This document shows positions 18,500 to 27,817 of a DNA stretch of 39,548 bases, in pieces. Source of the stretch: a virus (Duplodnaviria > Caudoviricetes). The stretch's first letter is position 1. The number at the start of each line of letters is the position of its first letter. The stretch is taken from IMG/VR virus record IMGVR_UViG_3300025288_000045, positions 1 through 39,548 of that record; one strand, written 5' to 3'. The notes beneath the pieces were generated by a model. That model did no database searches and was not told the DNA's origin. It saw only the letters and a list, made by a program, of their open reading frames with translations. Position numbers and translations under genes: made by a program.

Positions 18500-18711
18500 A
18501 GGTATACGCTGTATTCTGAGTAGATACTGTTATTATATCCGATAAGGAATGCCTGTAGTCTACTACTAAATCTTTGATTAACAAAGCACTCATCTGCCAT
18601 AGACGTATCAGATATTTTTTTAGCTAGGCCAGCCGGTATCAGTGAAGTTCTAACACCCGTCTCCCCCGGCCTGGGATATCCTATATTAGTAGTTAAAGTG
18701 GTGTCGGCCAT
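18496..18711 (-). CDS. Hypothetical protein
   Basis: 71 aa with an AGGA RBS; ATGA overlap with the sigma gene. Confidence 0.55.
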   Translation of the reverse strand: MADTTLTTNIGYPRPGETGVRTSLIPAGLAKKISDTSMADECFVNQRFSSRLQAFLIGYNNSIYSEYSVYL

Positions 18712-18727
18712 AATCCTATATCTTAAA

Positions 18728-21202
18728 TTAAATGACTTGTATGTTGTTAGATTTCAAGAAGTCTATAGTTTCAGGGTAATCTAGGAATAGGCTAGCGCCC
18801 GGCTCTAATGGAACACCCTCATCCACGTCTGGATTTAATCTAGGATCCAGGTAGTTAAGTGATTCATTAGTATAGTTTTCTTCAACCAAATCTATGAACT
18901 TATAGTTAAAAGTTTTTTCTATAGATTCCCTAGTTTCAACAGCTCTATGGATTAGTTTTAAGTTCCCTATACCCGTTGTGTCATCACTATCGCTACCACC
19001 ATTATCACTATAAGTAGCACTTTTAGTACCCGGTGCTAGAACTCCGTTTACCCTCTTCTGAGTATAAACCTCCATAGTCTGGAAGTTTATTAAGTCAGAT
19101 GGAGCAGCTGAGCCTACCCCTAGTACTGACCTGTAGAACTCGTCGGCCTTAGCTTTAGCCTTAGGATTATTAAGTATGGTAGACATAACACTAGTCACTG
19201 ATCCACTAGAGTCCCTATTAACATTATACAGCTGGAGAGAGGTTTGTAGCCACGGATGAGAGGGCATCAACTCATAGTTAGATAATTCAGAGTATGTAGC
19301 TGCGCTAACAAAAGCCACAGACGTATTTATAGAGTCAGCAGTTATAGAATGAGTGACAGACGCACACAATGCGTGGAAGCTGGGCAGGTTAGGGGATTTA
19401 GCCACAATATCCATTGGATAGCCGGGAATGATGTATGGGTTGAATATACCTGAGATAGACCCAGTCTTAGAAGATAAGACTTCTTTAGTATAGTCATAGT
19501 CTGCGGCGGCAAATAAAATCCTCTGGAATGCCGCCACACCCGAACCTTTGAAGTTAGGATCTAGCAATTCCTTAGCGGGGTCAGACTTACCATTTTTACG
19601 GCCATGCATAAACATCCATCCGTCGTGTAGATCTTTGGTTATCTTACCCCAGTCACTATCTTCATCTGGGTGTTCCTCAGTTTTCACTGTACCAGAAGCG
19701 ATAGACTCATTACAACGTTTAACTAGGTATGCTAACCATGACGGTGCTATAACCTGTTTAGGTTTAAATCCCCCACCCAACTCATACTTACCCGGGATAT
19801 TATATGACGCCCCTGTAGACTCATGTAATGAGGGTAGTATACCATTAGACGGAGTATCGACCACTGTGGCGTTAGCCTCAGCTGGTGTAGCTGGTGCAAA
19901 TTTAACTCCGTTAATGACTTTGGGGTCAGGAGTCTCTGTGGGCTTATACAACCCTTTAATCATTAGTCCAGTTAATACAGACTCTCGTATGGAGTGGGGA
20001 CCACGATAGTGTAGTCCTACTTGAGCTTCCTGACCAGGAACAGCGCTATGCACCAGGGATACCCTCGAAGGTATATTGGCCTCGTTCTGAGAAACCTGGA
20101 CAGAGGAGTACATATTAGGTAGTACTATATTACATACTGGGCTATAGTAGAATGGCAGCTGTGGCTTAATAACTGTTTCAATAGCCATTAAGTCATCGTC
20201 GTTCTGTACTGAAGTTTTTTTAGGATCCTTAGGTACTGAGGCTGGACTGGCTAGAGTTACTACCTCGTACTCAGAGGACATGAAGAACTCGTGGAATAGT
20301 CTAAAAAAGCCCGTCTTGTTACCTGTAAACTCCAGCATGCCTTGAATAGCCTCTACTGATAGAGAGGCCTGGGTAGCAGTCATAGAGTGTAGTCTATACG
20401 CAGGGGGTATCATTACCGGCTTAGATGCATCAGTCTTATTACCAGTATCATCACAGATGGACTGCTTACCGGCATTTACGGCATCCTCTATCAGGTTATG
20501 TCCGGACACCCTATCGAAGAACTTAAGCCCATCCTCGATCAGAGGAATATACATGGCCACTAGTATAGTGTTATATTGGCTTAAATGGTAAGCAGAGGAC
20601 TTCAACTGATTCCACATGTTCATCATGGCTGATGGCATACCAACCCAACGCTCTTTTACTGAAGAGAACTTAGGGTCTAATAGGGCATGATCTACGTTCA
20701 GTACGTTAGGATTACTAATTGATATTGCGTTTTCTGTGTTGGCCTCAGTACGTACTCCATCAATACCTCGAAGGGCTAGTACCAGAGAGTGAGTAGAACC
20801 AAAACTATTTGGCTTAAACATAGAGTCATTGGGGCTCCAGTTTGTATAGGATCCTGATGGATAGCCTGAGAAATCTAAAGTAACGTGATTGAGAAGATCG
20901 CTTTTATGTACGCATTGGAAGTTAATACTTGCTGACTGTACAGATGCGCTATAGCTATTACCAATTATATGTCCCCAAAACAACAGACGATCCTTACCCA
21001 GTACGGGGTCTTCGTAGAAGATGTGTACCTTAGGTTGGTAGTACCTAACTATATCCATCAGACCTGGGCTAGGCGGTAGTTCTAAGGACGCAGATGGTAC
21101 ATTACCTATCGCCTGGGAAATAGATATGGCGGAATAAGGTACTTCTACCCCTTCAATAAACAGGGTCACCTTCTGAAATAGTACGTCTGTGTTAGATGAC
21201 AT
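18728..21202 (-). CDS. Baseplate hub-like protein (gp27/late control D-like, putative)
   Basis: LFIEGVEVP start; FNPYIIPGYP...VTHSI hub-like C-terminal motif; position. Confidence 0.55.
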   Translation of the reverse strand: MSSNTDVLFQKVTLFIEGVEVPYSAISISQAIGNVPSASLELPPSPGLMDIVRYYQPKVHIFYEDPVLGKDRLLFWGHIIGNSYSASVQSASINFQCVHKSDLLNHVTLDFSGYPSGSYTNWSPNDSMFKPNSFGSTHSLVLALRGIDGVRTEANTENAISISNPNVLNVDHALLDPKFSSVKERWVGMPSAMMNMWNQLKSSAYHLSQYNTILVAMYIPLIEDGLKFFDRVSGHNLIEDAVNAGKQSICDDTGNKTDASKPVMIPPAYRLHSMTATQASLSVEAIQGMLEFTGNKTGFFRLFHEFFMSSEYEVVTLASPASVPKDPKKTSVQNDDDLMAIETVIKPQLPFYYSPVCNIVLPNMYSSVQVSQNEANIPSRVSLVHSAVPGQEAQVGLHYRGPHSIRESVLTGLMIKGLYKPTETPDPKVINGVKFAPATPAEANATVVDTPSNGILPSLHESTGASYNIPGKYELGGGFKPKQVIAPSWLAYLVKRCNESIASGTVKTEEHPDEDSDWGKITKDLHDGWMFMHGRKNGKSDPAKELLDPNFKGSGVAAFQRILFAAADYDYTKEVLSSKTGSISGIFNPYIIPGYPMDIVAKSPNLPSFHALCASVTHSITADSINTSVAFVSAATYSELSNYELMPSHPWLQTSLQLYNVNRDSSGSVTSVMSTILNNPKAKAKADEFYRSVLGVGSAAPSDLINFQTMEVYTQKRVNGVLAPGTKSATYSDNGGSDSDDTTGIGNLKLIHRAVETRESIEKTFNYKFIDLVEENYTNESLNYLDPRLNPDVDEGVPLEPGASLFLDYPETIDFLKSNNIQVI

Positions 21203-22040
21203 TTATGTAAATTATGTACAATGATACTACGTATAAAAGTTTTTCTAGCGGATCTATTATCTTATCTAAGTACTCAGATTGGTCCGTAGGTATCTGCAGT
21301 GTCTTAATACGCTCAGTAATCAACTCTAATCTGCCGCTGGGTATTAACTCCTTTAGCAGAGAGATCCTAACACTTGGCAATAATTCAGGTATATATTTCA
21401 TACCTAGTAAGGAACCTGAGTATGTATTCGATAAGTACCCCATTAAAGGCGTAGTAGTATTATCTAAGTACTTGACTACTAAGTGCTCCTCGTCCTCTAC
21501 TGGGAATGACAGAGTTAATGACTGGCCTGATGCAGAGTATGTAGTGTGGTCTTTTAGTATCCCGTTATGGTACACCCGTATTCTTTTGAACAGAGATACA
21601 TCCATTGCTAACTGGTAATTATATTGACCAAATGAGCAATCTAAGACTTCTATATGAAGTATTTTTTCAGAAGGTATATTTACATATCCACCGACTTGTG
21701 GATAGGCTTCTTCTTGAAATTCAGACGAGAAGCACCTGGCACATATCCCACCTACTGAAGTACAGGTATTAACATGGACACTGGCAGCCTCATAGATACC
21801 TTGTGATAATAAATAATTAAGTCTAGTTTTGGTAAATGGGCTGTTAGTAGCTAACTCTATCTCCCCCTCCATCCTATAACTTATATTTTCTATTTCCCCT
21901 ACCGTTGTGCCACAGTTATTCTCCACTATCTTAACTCTAGGAGTAATAATTAGCTGGGCAAGGTTATACACATCCTTATCTGTATCAGGGACGTTGTCTA
22001 AAAGTTTTTCAAATATAAGTGAAGTTAAATAGCTTCTCAT
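21192..22040 (-). CDS. Hypothetical protein with an RNAP beta'-like Cys4 zinc module and a tail-type beta domain
   Basis: VKIVENNCGT...NTCTSVGGICARCFS; then VYHNG...Y---GQSLTL-FP...VVKY. Confidence 0.6.
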   Translation of the reverse strand: MRSYLTSLIFEKLLDNVPDTDKDVYNLAQLIITPRVKIVENNCGTTVGEIENISYRMEGEIELATNSPFTKTRLNYLLSQGIYEAASVHVNTCTSVGGICARCFSSEFQEEAYPQVGGYVNIPSEKILHIEVLDCSFGQYNYQLAMDVSLFKRIRVYHNGILKDHTTYSASGQSLTLSFPVEDEEHLVVKYLDNTTTPLMGYLSNTYSGSLLGMKYIPELLPSVRISLLKELIPSGRLELITERIKTLQIPTDQSEYLDKIIDPLEKLLYVVSLYIIYINVI

Positions 22041-22049
22041 CGTTTTATT

Positions 22050-23606
22050 TTATAAAGTAGGCCCACGTTCTCTAGTACGTGGTGTTCCAGAGCTTAACGC
22101 CATCATTATACTCATCCTGTTACCTCCTGACAAGGGTAGTGATGCCCCCGATGCAGTCCTGGCCTTAGCTATGTTAAAAAGAAGCGGACCTGAAGAGGGA
22201 TGACCCACTGATCCTGATAGAAATAAGGACCCACTCTTTACCTTACCAGAGGATACTAGGGAATGTAATGAGTTATGTATGGTGGAGGGAGCGTTGGTAA
22301 TTACACCCTTAGTTTTTTTAAGTGTAGCCAGAGTATTGTTGTAGTTAGTCCTGATACCGGCCACTTGCATAGCCGCACCCTGAATTGTGGTGTTGACCAT
22401 ATTAACTAGGTTAGTAGCCCCATAGGCTATACTATTAATATCCCTTAACACCCCGTTGACACCACCGCTGAATACCCCAACCACTCCACTTACGTTACCT
22501 GTGGCAACCTTAACCAGTTTAGTTAAGCTGGATAGTACTCCGAATGTAGGGGAGAATAGTTGAGTCCTTACCCCTGAAAAGGTGCTAGACCACTCCTTAA
22601 ACTTATCCTTATCTACTACCCCTAAGTCTGACTTAGTGGAAAATGTTGCTACTCCATTTAACCCTAAGGTTGGAACTGCAGAAGTAGAGGCGGCAGCGGT
22701 TATTCTTGCTAAGTCAGCAGAGGTAGTGTTAGGATCCTGTATAGCTTTTTCCACGGTGGAAGACCTACGCTTAATCTCTTCTATCTGTGATATAGATAGG
22801 GAGGGTAGAGCATCCTTACTAAATTTTAGTGAGCTAATTCCTTTGGGATTGAAGGCCCCATTAGGGAGATCTGCTGCAACCGGGTCCATCCTCTTGGCTA
22901 GGAACTGGAATGAAAAAGGTATGGATACGTCATTAGCCGACTCTTGCTGCCAAGAGAAGTTATTAATAGTCCCCACTAAGGTCATATTAGGTAATACTAT
23001 CTTCAGCAGCTCATAGTTTTTAGCTAATTGACTACCACGCATTACCCCGTTATATAGATTTAACCAATGTACAAACCAATTATTATCTACAGAGTCTACT
23101 AGTAGACCCGAGAAGTTAAAGATAATTGGACGACGGCCAAAGTAGTATATAACCTCGGCATCCCCAAACACTTGGGTTACTTGTATTTTTTCTTCTAAGT
23201 TACAGGATATACCGGTCAGCAAGAAATCTGCATATCCTCCGTAAGGACCATCCGAAGTAAGTGATGCTGCATCCCTAGCATAAGTAGAATCAGAATCTAC
23301 TAGGCGGGAATCAACACCTGCCTGGTTCTGAGTAAGAAGTTTTATGTATGCACGAGTGCCTCTATCCCCACCGTTACTAGTAATATACTTATTTGGGTCG
23401 CTGGAAATACTCCTTGGCCTAGAGACTAGCATTCTCTCAGTCTGTGGTATAGGAGAATCCCACCTTATAGTGGAGTTAGCATCTTTAACTTTTTCTATAG
23501 AATCCTTGGTAGCCGTAGAATTAACATTCTCTGACACTCGGTTAGGGAATGGGGTGTAGTCCTTCCCCATAACTTTTTTATATTCTATTTCAGCTTGAGT
23601 AGGCAT
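22050..23606 (-). CDS. Tail tube initiator / baseplate hub-associated protein (putative)
   Basis: EKIQV---FG----YYFG-RP--F-FSG-L tube-like fold pattern; just downstream of the tape measure. Confidence 0.5.
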   Translation of the reverse strand: MPTQAEIEYKKVMGKDYTPFPNRVSENVNSTATKDSIEKVKDANSTIRWDSPIPQTERMLVSRPRSISSDPNKYITSNGGDRGTRAYIKLLTQNQAGVDSRLVDSDSTYARDAASLTSDGPYGGYADFLLTGISCNLEEKIQVTQVFGDAEVIYYFGRRPIIFNFSGLLVDSVDNNWFVHWLNLYNGVMRGSQLAKNYELLKIVLPNMTLVGTINNFSWQQESANDVSIPFSFQFLAKRMDPVAADLPNGAFNPKGISSLKFSKDALPSLSISQIEEIKRRSSTVEKAIQDPNTTSADLARITAAASTSAVPTLGLNGVATFSTKSDLGVVDKDKFKEWSSTFSGVRTQLFSPTFGVLSSLTKLVKVATGNVSGVVGVFSGGVNGVLRDINSIAYGATNLVNMVNTTIQGAAMQVAGIRTNYNNTLATLKKTKGVITNAPSTIHNSLHSLVSSGKVKSGSLFLSGSVGHPSSGPLLFNIAKARTASGASLPLSGGNRMSIMMALSSGTPRTRERGPTL

Positions 23607-23610
23607 GCTA

Positions 23611-23829
23611 TTAATCCATGTTAAAATCTACGGTCTGTAGTACTACCTTCTCACGAAGAGTTTCTCGTTGTCCAAATAGACCACCGTATTGATTAGGTAT
23701 AAAAGCCTGCCCGTTAGAGGCGGCCCTAACACCATCCATAATATTTTTTACTTGATCCAAGTACAGCTTAACCGGGGTTATAGCATGTACCGTAGGGATG
23801 ATAGTGCTCGATTTATTTTTTAGTGTCAT
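23611..23829 (-). CDS. Hypothetical protein (start moved to ATG 23829)
   Basis: GAGGAG RBS at 23839-23844 upstream of ATG 23829 (MTLKNK...). Confidence 0.55.
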   Translation of the reverse strand: MTLKNKSSTIIPTVHAITPVKLYLDQVKNIMDGVRAASNGQAFIPNQYGGLFGQRETLREKVVLQTVDFNMD

Positions 23830-23860
23830 TTTGTTATACTCCTCTCGGCCCACCATTCTT

Positions 23861-23888
23861 ACCCCACTCTTCTAACCCCACTCTTCTA
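23861..23888. repeat. 14-bp perfect tandem duplication at the tape measure 3' end
   Basis: accccactcttcta x2. Confidence 0.9.
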
Positions 23889-26748
23889 ACCCGCTACTAT
23901 TCTGATTAGTAGTGGATGGTGGGATTGATACTGGAGCATCCGCTTTAGCACCTACACTCTTAGCAAAGGTATTAACGGCAGCAGCAAAGGTATTAGACGC
24001 TCCATCTAGCCTCTTAACAGACTCTTCATATGATCCCATGCTAAGACCCCGATTAGCATCTGATACGTGGTTTTTCAAATCCTTCAATGAATCCACGTTA
24101 ATTTTAGCAGCTTTAACAGCCTCTGCGTCACTCATGGCCGCTGATGATTCTGACAGAACTACTCCTCCACTAAACTCCAGGGCGGCTTTTCTATTCTTAG
24201 TCTTACTCATCCCATCGATGAATGCTTTACCTAAGGTAGAGCCTTGAACTTTAGTATTTATACCTAAGATGCCTCCTATGGCGTCCCTACCGGTTTTTCC
24301 CAAAGCAGCAGATAGTCTCTTAAACTCCTCAGTACCGGAAATTTTAGAGAACTCTTCTTCAGACATAGCAGCGCTTATTCCTGCTGCTGCCAACGTCTGA
24401 GCATCCCCTGCCAACTGAAGATTATCATCTATAGTTCTATCATTTTTCCCGAATATACCTTTTACAGTATCCTCTAGTTTCTCTACCTTATCAGAGGATA
24501 TCCTAGTTTCAGCAGTGTGCCTCATGGCCTCGTTAGAGGCAGCTAGAAGCTGTTTCTCAGTCATAAAGTCCCCTTCTAAAGTGGTGCCCCTTACAACCTT
24601 CCTTAATCCATCCTTAAACTTAGGTATAAATTTATCAATATCTTTTTGAGTAGGATTTTTTATTTTTTTAAATTCCCATAAGGCATCTAATGCGGCCCGG
24701 GCTTCCTTATCCCCAGCTTTAGAAGCTTCATTAAGTTTTTTAAAGGCTTTATTCTGGGATTGACCAGTCCCACCACCTACTAGATCATCTATAATACCGT
24801 CATTTACACTAATGAGCGTGGTTCTACCCTTGCTTAAGTCAGTTATCTCTCCTAAAGCAACCTGACCCCCCATAGAGTCGGCCATAACCGTCTCGCCTTT
24901 CAAAGTACTCCCATATTGTGAATCATCTAACACACCTACTAAAGAGTCCTTCAATCCTGCTGCTGTTTCAGTAACCGGATCAACAAAGTGTCGTGCCGTG
25001 AAATCTGTTGCTGCTCTACCTCCGCGTAGGGTAGCTCCATATGCACTACCCATAACTCCACCATATGATGCGTTCTGGTCTACCAAGGTTCTCATCTGGT
25101 CCTTGATAAATGTCTCTCTGCCCTTAACACTAGCAGTCCGCACATCCTTGCTGTATGCAGCTATAGTATTGACCATAAAGGATTGTATCTGGTCGTCCCC
25201 CAAGCCCATCATGTTCTTCATGATTACTGCCGCTGTTTCTGCGGACACTTTACCATCAGATCCAATGCCATTAGGCATGTCCTTAGCAATCATCATGATC
25301 TGTTTTTCGATAGCGTTACGGCCACCCTCTTCATTCATCATCTTAGCTGATGCTTGATTACCATATAAGATCATCTGACCCATGGTTTTAGTTGGGTCCT
25401 TAGCCATACTCCTACCGAAGCCAGCTACCGATCCAATTACCCCTTTACCCTCTCCACTACCAATATATTTATTGAAGGACATAAACTTACCTAAGGTAGT
25501 TTGGCCGGCCATAACTTGAGCGCCTACCATAGATTGTGTCGCCCCCTCTATACCCCCCATGCGGGCCAGTTGTTCAGAGCTTATCAGCCCCATACGGTTA
25601 GCGGATGCAAATGAGGAGTGGGCGCTAGCAGCAGCCATTTGTCCCAGGTATGGAGTCATACCATTCTGGGCATACATCATGCTACCTTGAGCACCCACCG
25701 TATCCATCAGCCTTTGTACACTGGTACCAGCTATGGATGCGTGTAGTCCCAGTTGGGTATAAGAACTGGTGGCCTTAGACCCCATAGCCCCTCCCATTTG
25801 TAACTTAGCCAAGCTCTCTATAGCCCCCTGTACACTTGGATCTTTCGATATAGCCATAACGAGCTTAACTTGCTCAGATATTTCTTTTATACGTTTTGTT
25901 ATATCCCTAGCTTTAGCATTATCCAACATGCCAGAGCGCATACTCATATCGGATAAGTCTTTAAACTCACTAGTGGATAGTGACATATCTCTGATACCCA
26001 TCTTGGTAATATCTTGAGACATGTTCATGGCTTCTTTATAACTGAACCCCCTACCGGTGGGGGTACTACCTTTAGCGTCAGCAAAAGTTACTCCGCTAAA
26101 GTTCTGATGTATTGACTCAGCCTGCTTCATATTATTTATATAAGGGTTAAAGAGGCCTCTCTCTGCTCCAGCTAGGCCACCCATGGCTGCTGCGAAAGGT
26201 AGAGCTACAGCCCCCACTGCACTACCGGCCACCCCTGCAGCCACACCTACCCTAGCGGCGGTAGTTGCACTGGCTCCAGCTCCACGTAAAAACCCGTTAG
26301 CTCCCCGCCTGAATATACTCTTACCTAATGCTGGACCAGCACCCCGTCCACTAAAGGCTCCACTAAAAGACTTAGATCCCAGGAAGTGGTTAGCTGCCTT
26401 AAAGGCTAAAATAGGAGCTGCTATCCTCTGGACTACGAATGCAGCTACATCAAAGGGCGATTCAACTGCAGAACTAACGTTAGAATGCCAAGTATCCTGG
26501 GGGGAGGTATGGCCGAAGTCTTGCCAAGGCATGAGCTTATTCATGGAACTAATCATGCCGCGTTTAGTATAGTCGTATTGACCCCCCTGACCAGCCCATT
26601 GAGGACGATAGGGTGCAGTATAACTAGGCGTCATCATGCTGCTGTCCATACCCCACCCAGGGCCACCTATATTCATATTCTGGGGGCCGGTGAATGAGTT
26701 GGCTGCTAGGTCAGCTTGACTTCTGTAAATATCGTTGTTTCCAAACAT
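23872..26748 (-). CDS. Tape measure protein (putative)
   Basis: 958 aa, Ala/Gly/Met-rich and helical with hydrophobic segments; directly after a frameshifting chaperone pair. Confidence 0.8.
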   Translation of the reverse strand: MFGNNDIYRSQADLAANSFTGPQNMNIGGPGWGMDSSMMTPSYTAPYRPQWAGQGGQYDYTKRGMISSMNKLMPWQDFGHTSPQDTWHSNVSSAVESPFDVAAFVVQRIAAPILAFKAANHFLGSKSFSGAFSGRGAGPALGKSIFRRGANGFLRGAGASATTAARVGVAAGVAGSAVGAVALPFAAAMGGLAGAERGLFNPYINNMKQAESIHQNFSGVTFADAKGSTPTGRGFSYKEAMNMSQDITKMGIRDMSLSTSEFKDLSDMSMRSGMLDNAKARDITKRIKEISEQVKLVMAISKDPSVQGAIESLAKLQMGGAMGSKATSSYTQLGLHASIAGTSVQRLMDTVGAQGSMMYAQNGMTPYLGQMAAASAHSSFASANRMGLISSEQLARMGGIEGATQSMVGAQVMAGQTTLGKFMSFNKYIGSGEGKGVIGSVAGFGRSMAKDPTKTMGQMILYGNQASAKMMNEEGGRNAIEKQIMMIAKDMPNGIGSDGKVSAETAAVIMKNMMGLGDDQIQSFMVNTIAAYSKDVRTASVKGRETFIKDQMRTLVDQNASYGGVMGSAYGATLRGGRAATDFTARHFVDPVTETAAGLKDSLVGVLDDSQYGSTLKGETVMADSMGGQVALGEITDLSKGRTTLISVNDGIIDDLVGGGTGQSQNKAFKKLNEASKAGDKEARAALDALWEFKKIKNPTQKDIDKFIPKFKDGLRKVVRGTTLEGDFMTEKQLLAASNEAMRHTAETRISSDKVEKLEDTVKGIFGKNDRTIDDNLQLAGDAQTLAAAGISAAMSEEEFSKISGTEEFKRLSAALGKTGRDAIGGILGINTKVQGSTLGKAFIDGMSKTKNRKAALEFSGGVVLSESSAAMSDAEAVKAAKINVDSLKDLKNHVSDANRGLSMGSYEESVKRLDGASNTFAAAVNTFAKSVGAKADAPVSIPPSTTNQNSSGLEEWG

Positions 26749-26763
26749 GATCGTATTTTAGTT

Positions 26764-26790
26764 AAAAGAAAAGCCCAACGTCAGTCGGGC
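26764..26790 (-). terminator. Intrinsic terminator between the chaperone genes and the tape measure
   Basis: Minus strand GCCCGAC-tgac-GTTGGGC followed by TTTTCTTTT. Confidence 0.7.
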
Positions 26791-27296
26791 CTTAAATTAG
26801 TTCTTAGTTTTTTATTATTAACCTTAACAGGTTCAGGCTTCTTAGCGTCCTGTTTCTGCGTAGACTCTTCTGGTAGTGGCGGTTTTTCTCCGTGAGCCAC
26901 GAATAGTGCACCCAAGCCTTTAACCACCAAACCTCCATGCTTATCATCTTTAGATAGCTTAGGCCTTAATCCTTTAACGAATCTACCGTATGCATCAGCC
27001 ATCTCTAACTCTTGTGAATCTGACTTAGTTAGCTCAATACCCAACTCAGCACTACTATAGTTGGTAAAAGTGGTTTTTATTTTAGTCAGCCACTCTGAAG
27101 CTTTAGATTCTTGTCCCGCCTCGAATGTAGGATTAGTAGACGCCACTAACGCTAGTATATTAGCAAAGTGAACTTCCTTACGCGCCTCCCTTACTGAGAA
27201 TTCCCTAAACACTCTATCCCTCAGAGATCCTAACTTAGGAATTTTCACCCCTCCGGTATAAAGCCTGAGCCTATGTATGGCCCAGGGTTGTTTTAA
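26781..27296 (-). CDS. Tail assembly chaperone, frameshift extension (lambda gpT-like part of a G-T fusion)
   Basis: The -1 frame is open from the slippery site (LKQPWAIHRLRLYTGGVKIPK...) into ORF 26781..27248. Confidence 0.75.
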   Translation of the reverse strand, partial: LKQPWAIHRLRLYTGGVKIPKLGSLRDRVFREFSVREARKEVHFANILALVASTNPTFEAGQESKASEWLTKIKTTFTNYSSAELGIELTKSDSQELEMADAYGRFVKGLRPKLSKDDKHGGLVVKGLGALFVAHGEKPPLPEESTQKQDAKKPEPVKVNNKKLRTNLRPD

Positions 27297-27775
27297 AAAT
27301 TTTCTTCGCCCACCTCACAGGCTTTAAATACTTTCCTATCAAACTTATCCAGGGCTACTAGAAGTGCCCCCACTACTGGGGCCGGTAGAGAATTGATAAA
27401 CTTCTCCCTATCTTCTGGCTTAGCCTGGGAAACATCCTTACCTTGATAGTTAGTAAGGGCGAAGTGTAAGTTAAGCAATGAACGACGTTCGTTAATAGTA
27501 GATATGAAGTTGGCCGGGGTTGAATCCAGTTTACTGGTAATCTTACCAATCTCCTCAGCGGTACGGGTTCGGAATGACACATTCAACTTACCTTTAATCT
27601 TCGAGGACTCTACGTACTCTCCTGAGAAGATAATTTCATCAAAAATAGCTAGTAGCTCCGTTTCATCATATTCCGGAGCCTTACTATCCTTAGCTTCAGG
27701 CTCGGTTTTAGAGGATTCCTTCTCTACTATTACTTCTGCGTCTTTGTCTTTATTTTTTGTTTCAAAATCTGCCAT
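27293..27775 (-). CDS. Tail assembly chaperone (lambda gpG-like)
   Basis: 160 aa, acidic, ends in A AAT TTT TAA; upstream of the tape measure. Confidence 0.75.
   Translation of the reverse strand: MADFETKNKDKDAEVIVEKESSKTEPEAKDSKAPEYDETELLAIFDEIIFSGEYVESSKIKGKLNVSFRTRTAEEIGKITSKLDSTPANFISTINERRSLLNLHFALTNYQGKDVSQAKPEDREKFINSLPAPVVGALLVALDKFDRKVFKACEVGEENF
27296..27302 (-). promoter_or_regulatory. -1 programmed ribosomal frameshift heptamer A_AAU_UUU
   Basis: X XXY YYZ pattern directly before the stop; the -1 frame joins the next ORF. Confidence 0.8.
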
Positions 27776-27817
27776 TTGTTTCTCCGGTTAAGTATGGTAT
27801 AAAAGGGTATATTAACA

